A program made the position numbers and the translations under genes. From assembly GCF_902652985.1 (NCBI RefSeq), contig NC_047015.1, positions 54,870,001-54,934,000 of the forward strand: 64,000 nt of DNA. The letters are read 5' to 3'. Numbering within the stretch: position 1 is the stretch's first letter; each line of letters starts with the position of its first letter. The notes under the pieces are model-generated. The model had not been told where the DNA came from and did not search any database. It saw only the letters and a program-made list of their open reading frames with translations. Origin of the DNA: Pecten maximus. Its lineage: Eukaryota. Of this stretch, positions 59,401 through 64,000 are shown piece by piece.

Positions 59401-62400
59401 GATGGCTGCCTGTCAGCCATGTTGTTTTTCCGATTGGTCTCAAAATGTAATATGCATAACTAGGCACCAAGGGGAACCTACATATGAAATTTCATAAAGA
59501 TCCCTTCAGTACTTTCTGAGAAATAGCGATAACAAACTTCAATTGTCAAAATCCAAGATGGCTGCCTGTCAGCCATGTTTTTTTCCCGATTGGTCTCAAA
59601 ATGCAATATGCATAACTAGGCACCAAGGGGAACCTACATATGAAATTTGAGAAAGATCCCTTCATTACTTTCTGAGAAATAGCGATAACAAACTTCAATG
59701 GTCAAAATCCAAGATGACTGCCTGTCGGCCATGTTGTTTTCCGATTGGTCTCAAAATTCAATATGCATAACTAGGCACCAATGGAACCTACATATGAAAA
59801 TTGAGAACGATCCCTTCACTACTTACTGAGAAATAGTGATAACAAACTTCAATTGTCAAAATCCAAGATGGCTGCCTGTCAGCCATGTTGTTTTTCCGAT
59901 TGGTCTCAAAATGCAATATGCATAACTAGGCACCAAGGGGAACCTACATATGAAATTTCATAAAGATCCCTTCAGTACTTTCTGAGAAATAGCGATAACA
60001 AACTTCAATTGTCAAAATCCAAGATGGCTGCCTGTCAGCCATGTTTTTTTCCTGATTGGTCTCAAAATGCAATATGCATAACTAGGCACCAAGGGGAACC
60101 TACATATGAAATTTGAGAAAGATCCCTTCAGTACTTTCTGAGAAATAGCGATAACAAACTTCAATTGTCAAAATCCAAGATGGCTGCCTGTCAGCCATGT
60201 TGTTTAACGATTGGTCTCAAAATGCAATATGCATAACTAGGCACCAAGGGGAACTTACATATTAAATTTGAGGAAGATCCCTTCAGTACTTTCTGAGAAA
60301 TAGCAATAACAAACTTTAATTGTCAAAATCCAAGATGGCTGCCTGTCGGCCATGTTGTTTTTCCGATTGATCTCAAAATGCAATATGCATAACTGGGCAC
60401 CAAGGGGAACATACATATGAAATTTCAGAAAGATTCCTTCATTACTTTCTGAGAAATAGTGATAACAAACTTCAATTGTCAAAATCCAAGATGGCTGCCT
60501 GTCGGCCATGTTGTTTTCCGATTGGTCTCAAAATGTAATATGCATAACTAGGCACCAAGGGGAACCTACATATGAAATTTGAGAAAGATCCCTTCAGTAC
60601 TTTCTGAGGATTAGCGATAACAAGAATTGTTTACGGACGGAGGGACGGACGGAGGGACCACGGACCACGGACGCAGGGCGATTTGAATAGCCCACCATCT
60701 GATGATGGTGGGCTAAAAATGCAAGTGCCCTGCCATGGATAAATTTTTTAAGTTACCAAAGCCTCTGCAAGTCTTGAATTTGACAACTTAAACTGCTTCC
60801 TTCCCAATCAACACCATAAACCTGTCGTATCATTTCCTGTCATCAAAGCTATTAAATTTTTTTGACTTACATTTTTTCTAGTATGTGGTATGCTGGTAGC
60901 TGTTGGCATCGCTCATCTTTAAAAAGCGTAGCTAACATTCTAGATCTCTGTTGTCCTGTGAAAGAGAGAAACATTTTTTGATCAGATATAAAAAGAGTTT
61001 TAAATGTTATTACAGTTTTATCAAGAGACCACTGAATCCCAATATCACTGGTTTATAATACGGCTTTTGTAATTGAGTCAAAAAGGAAAGTAAGACCAAT
61101 TTCATTTTACTATGAGTTCTTTAGCTGAACTCTATGTTTGTGTGTGGTAATGTGTATGCTAAGGTCGTATAGCTATAGGTGTTCTTGTTATGGGGCTGTG
61201 TTTCATTCATTTTATTATACAATTAGATTTCTAAAACATGGAAATAGAGGTTACACAATGAGCAGTTTGGTTTGTTTTTTGTTTAACGTCCTATTAACAG
61301 ACAGGGTCATTTAAGGACATGCCAGGTTTGGAGGTGGGGGAAAGCCGGAGTACCCGGAGAAAAACCACCAGCCTACAGTCAGTACCGGGCAACTGCTCCA
61401 CATGGGTTTCGAACTCGCTACCCAGAGGTGGAGGACTAGTGATAAAGTGTCGCGACACCTTAACCACTCAGCCACAGCGGCCACAACGAGCGGTTGTACT
61501 TTGTTGGATATGGAATTTATGTCACTCGAGTAAGTCATTTTTTTAAAGTTACAAATGTCATGAACTTACGAGTGTGAAATAAATTCCATATCCAAAAATC
61601 ATGAGTAGTGTGACCTGTTTCTACCACAATTATATCGGCTTGAATCAATGCGGAACCTGGCCAAGTATGCTTTCCTGTATGCAAATAAAGTGTACAAGTG
61701 ACAGGCGGGACCCGGTGATGTGACGCCATTCGATGATTATTGATGACATAAATTGCAGTTCGGGTCAAAGTTTGAACTCTTGACCAATCAAAAGACCAGA
61801 AGGTTTATATTCCACTAGTGGACTATACACTGAAACATATATATATCCAAAGGTCAGCACATTTATACATTGGCCTGAGAGTGGAATAACACAGAAAATA
61901 GACAGACAAATAGACAGACAAACAGGCAGACAAACAGGCAGACAGAAAAAAGCAGATATGTTTATATAATTACCGGCTGATGCTAGAATGGTACAGATGA
62001 GAGCATTTTTCAGTGAGGTGAGTCTCTCTTCCTCGGCTATCAGGGTACGAAATGACAGCTCATTGTATCTCTGAGCTGCTTCAATGAACTTTCTGCGGTA
62101 GTCCAGCACACGGGCATAACAGGCCTTTAAAAAACATCAGATGTGGATATTAAGAGTGTATGCTATCATTTGTGTGAAGAATTCAACACATAAGAGATTT
62201 AATTAAAATATAGAGACACATTTGATACAGAATTTACAGCACTACAGCAGCCATCTCTCACAGATACAGGGGATACAGAATTACAGCAGTCATCTCTCAC
62301 AGATACAGGGGTTACAGCACTACAGCAGCCATTTCTCACAGATACAGGGGTTACAGAAATACAGCAGCCATTTCTCACAGATACAGGGGTTACAGAAATA

Positions 62401-63868
62401 CAGCAGCCATTTCTCACAGATACAGGGGTTACAGAAATACAGCAGCCATTTCTCACAGATACAGGGGATACAGAATTACAGCAGCCATCGCTCATCTCCC
62501 ACAGGTACAAGGGCTACAAGCTTTCTTACATCTCTCACATACAGGAGTTACAGCATTACAGCAGCCATCTCTCACAGATACAAGGGTTACAGCAATACAG
62601 AAGAATGATGAAAGCGTGATGTATTTACCTTGTAGTGTATCTGTAGCATGTATTTACCTTGTAGTGTATCTGTAGTGGACTGATGAAAGCGTGATATATT
62701 TACCTTGTAGTGTATCTGTAGCATGTATTTACCTTGTAGTGTATCTGTAGCTTGTATTTACCTTGTAATGTATCTGTAGCATGTATTTACCTTGTAGTGT
62801 ATCTGTAGCCTGTATTTACTTTGTAGTGTATCTGTAGCCTGTATTTACCTTGTAGTGTATCTGTAGCATGTATTTACCTTGTAGTGTATCTGTAGCCTGT
62901 ATTTACCTTGTAGTGTATCTGTAGCCTGTATTTACCTTGTAGTGTATCTGTAGCATGTATTTACCTTGTAGTGTATCTGTAGCATGTATTTACCTTGTAG
63001 TGTATCTGTAGCCTGTATTTACCTTGTAGTGTATCTGTAGTAGACTGATGTATTTACCTTGTAGTGTATCTGTAGCATGTATTTACCTTGTAGTGTATCT
63101 GTAGCATGTATTTACCTTGTAGTGTATCTGTAGCATGTATTTACCTTGTAGTGTATCTGTAGCCTGTATTTACCTTGTAGTGTATCTGTAGCATGTATTT
63201 ACCTTGTAGTGTATCTGTAGCCTGTATTTACTTTGTAGTGTATCTGTAGCCTGTATTTACCTTGTAGTGTATCTGTAGCATGTATTTACCTTGTAGTGTA
63301 TCTGTAGCCTGTATTTACCTTGTAGTGTATCTGTAGCATGTATTTACCTTGTAGTGTATCTGTAACATGTATTTACCTTGTAGTGTATCTGAAGCTCCTC
63401 ATTGCGGGTATCTGCCTGTAGTAGTGATGCTCTATTGATGTAAGCTTCTGCCTGAACCGGATCCTCATCCTCCAGATAGAGTCTGGCTATCTTTAGGTAC
63501 GTTTCTAGCTTGTAGTCTGTAGCATACTGCCTGGATTTACCAAAGAGAAATAAAACGTGATACAATGACTTCAACATTTAAATCATGTGCATAGCTACTG
63601 GCAAACCAAAATCTAACATGACAAATTAAATAGCCCAGGCATGATACATGTTCCCTACCACAACACATTGTCTAGTCATGAACTAGCATACTGGTAAGTA
63701 TGTACAAAGCATTCTATTCCAATCTACACAGTACAAGAAGAAACTTATTCTTTGCTTGGCTTACTTTTGTCCTGTCTCTAGGGGAATTCCTACCAACACA
63801 TTGGCAGCTTCTCGCCAAGACAATTCCCTTTCATAGATGTCTGCCAGGTGTTGACGTATGGCTGCCAC
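56402..63868 (-). CDS. COPS4: COP9 signalosome complex subunit 4 (PCI domain), last 8 coding exons; the 5' part lies outside the window
   Basis: Exons 63868-63765, 63530-63377, 62124-61974, 60955-60871, 58544-58459, 57634-57519, 57211-57127 and 56535-56402, all GT-AG and phase-consistent. The translation is near-identical to recalled CSN4: [130 protein letters not shown]. Confidence 0.97.
58014..58415. mobile_element. hAT-like MITE with an 8-bp TSD (COPS4 intron)
   Basis: TAGAGCTGT...ACACCACTA termini and subterminal TATCG/CGATA motifs. Perfect TSD TTTGTAAT at 58006-58013 and 58416-58423. Confidence 0.82.
58824..58894. repeat. Perfect 31-bp inverted repeat with a 9-nt loop
   Basis: AGTTTTGAAACACTTTTCACCCTGGTTGATG - TTTATCAAC - CATCAACCAGGGTGAAAAGTGTTTCAAAACT. 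Confidence 0.92.
59172..60719 (-). mobile_element. Non-autonomous Helentron (HINE-like) carrying about 8 x 156-bp internal tandem repeats (COPS4 intron)
   Basis: Read on the minus strand: TTTTTAGCCCACCATCATCAGATGGTGGGCT 5' hairpin, (GTCC) microsatellite, array of about 156-bp units at 59330-60620, and 3' palindrome AGATCCCTCTGGGATCT plus CTTGT. Confidence 0.87.
61268..61481 (-). mobile_element. V-SINE-like element nested in a palindromic DNA element
   Basis: Reverse complement of the 55632 family. 14-bp TSD CACAA(T/C)GAGC(A/G)GTT at 61254-61267 and 61482-61495. Confidence 0.85.
62222..62600. repeat. Minisatellite, 39-bp unit (ACAGCAGCCATTTCTCACAGATACAGGGGTTACAGAAAT), about 9 copies
   Basis: Directly visible; explains repetitive ORFs 62199-62510 and 62222-62608. 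Confidence 0.9.
62620..63392 (-). repeat. 29-bp tandem array built from a COPS4 exon end plus splice donor, about 26 copies including the authentic junction
   Basis: The minus-strand unit is TGCTACAGATACACTACAAG|GTAAATACA. The terminal copy is the real exon end (..CTTCAGATACACTACAAG|GTAAAT, exon ends 63377). Confidence 0.95.
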
Positions 63869-64000
63869 CTGAAACCGTGCCAAAAAGAATAGTGTTTAAA
63901 GATAAAACAATATCAATCAGTTACATAACTGTAGATATATTTTCACATATTACTGTAAGCAAAAGCAAAGTGAGTCACAGTTAGCCGGGGCTCACAGATA

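Noticed and set aside
62199-62608. Cys-rich and Gln/Ser-rich repeat ORFs (metallothionein- or keratin-associated-like appearance)
   Set aside because: A 39-bp intronic minisatellite that is open in several frames; COPS4 exons join in frame without it.
17370-63392. Regular repeat arrays as possible CRISPR arrays
   Set aside because: The units are contiguous tandem copies with no unique spacers, there are no cas genes, and the context is eukaryotic and intron-rich.

Overview
AT-rich, repeat-dense eukaryotic (metazoan) genomic DNA. The repeat families (Helentron/HINE-type elements with internal satellites, V-SINEs, many MITEs) suggest a bivalve mollusc, which is an inference. Genes reconstructed by hand from splice signals: (1) the first coding exon of an unidentified minus-strand gene (506-893), head-to-head with (2) NOL11 (16 coding exons, 1159-17117, +), which has a U12-type intron and an apparent +1 frameshift in exon 6; (3) two orphan single-exon ORFs on the minus strand (23317-24561 and 36408-37325); (4) a candidate small spliced transcript (27803-30503, +); (5) two divergently transcribed TMEM243/DUF2678-like paralogs with start codons 174 bp apart (42032-45015 minus and 45190-53273 plus), essentially missed by the ORF track; (6) the last 8 coding exons of COPS4 (56402-63868, minus). 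A recurring theme is intronic tandem repeats made of splice-site sequence, most clearly about 25 extra copies of a COPS4 exon/donor junction. All family assignments come from recalled protein or repeat motifs, not database searches.
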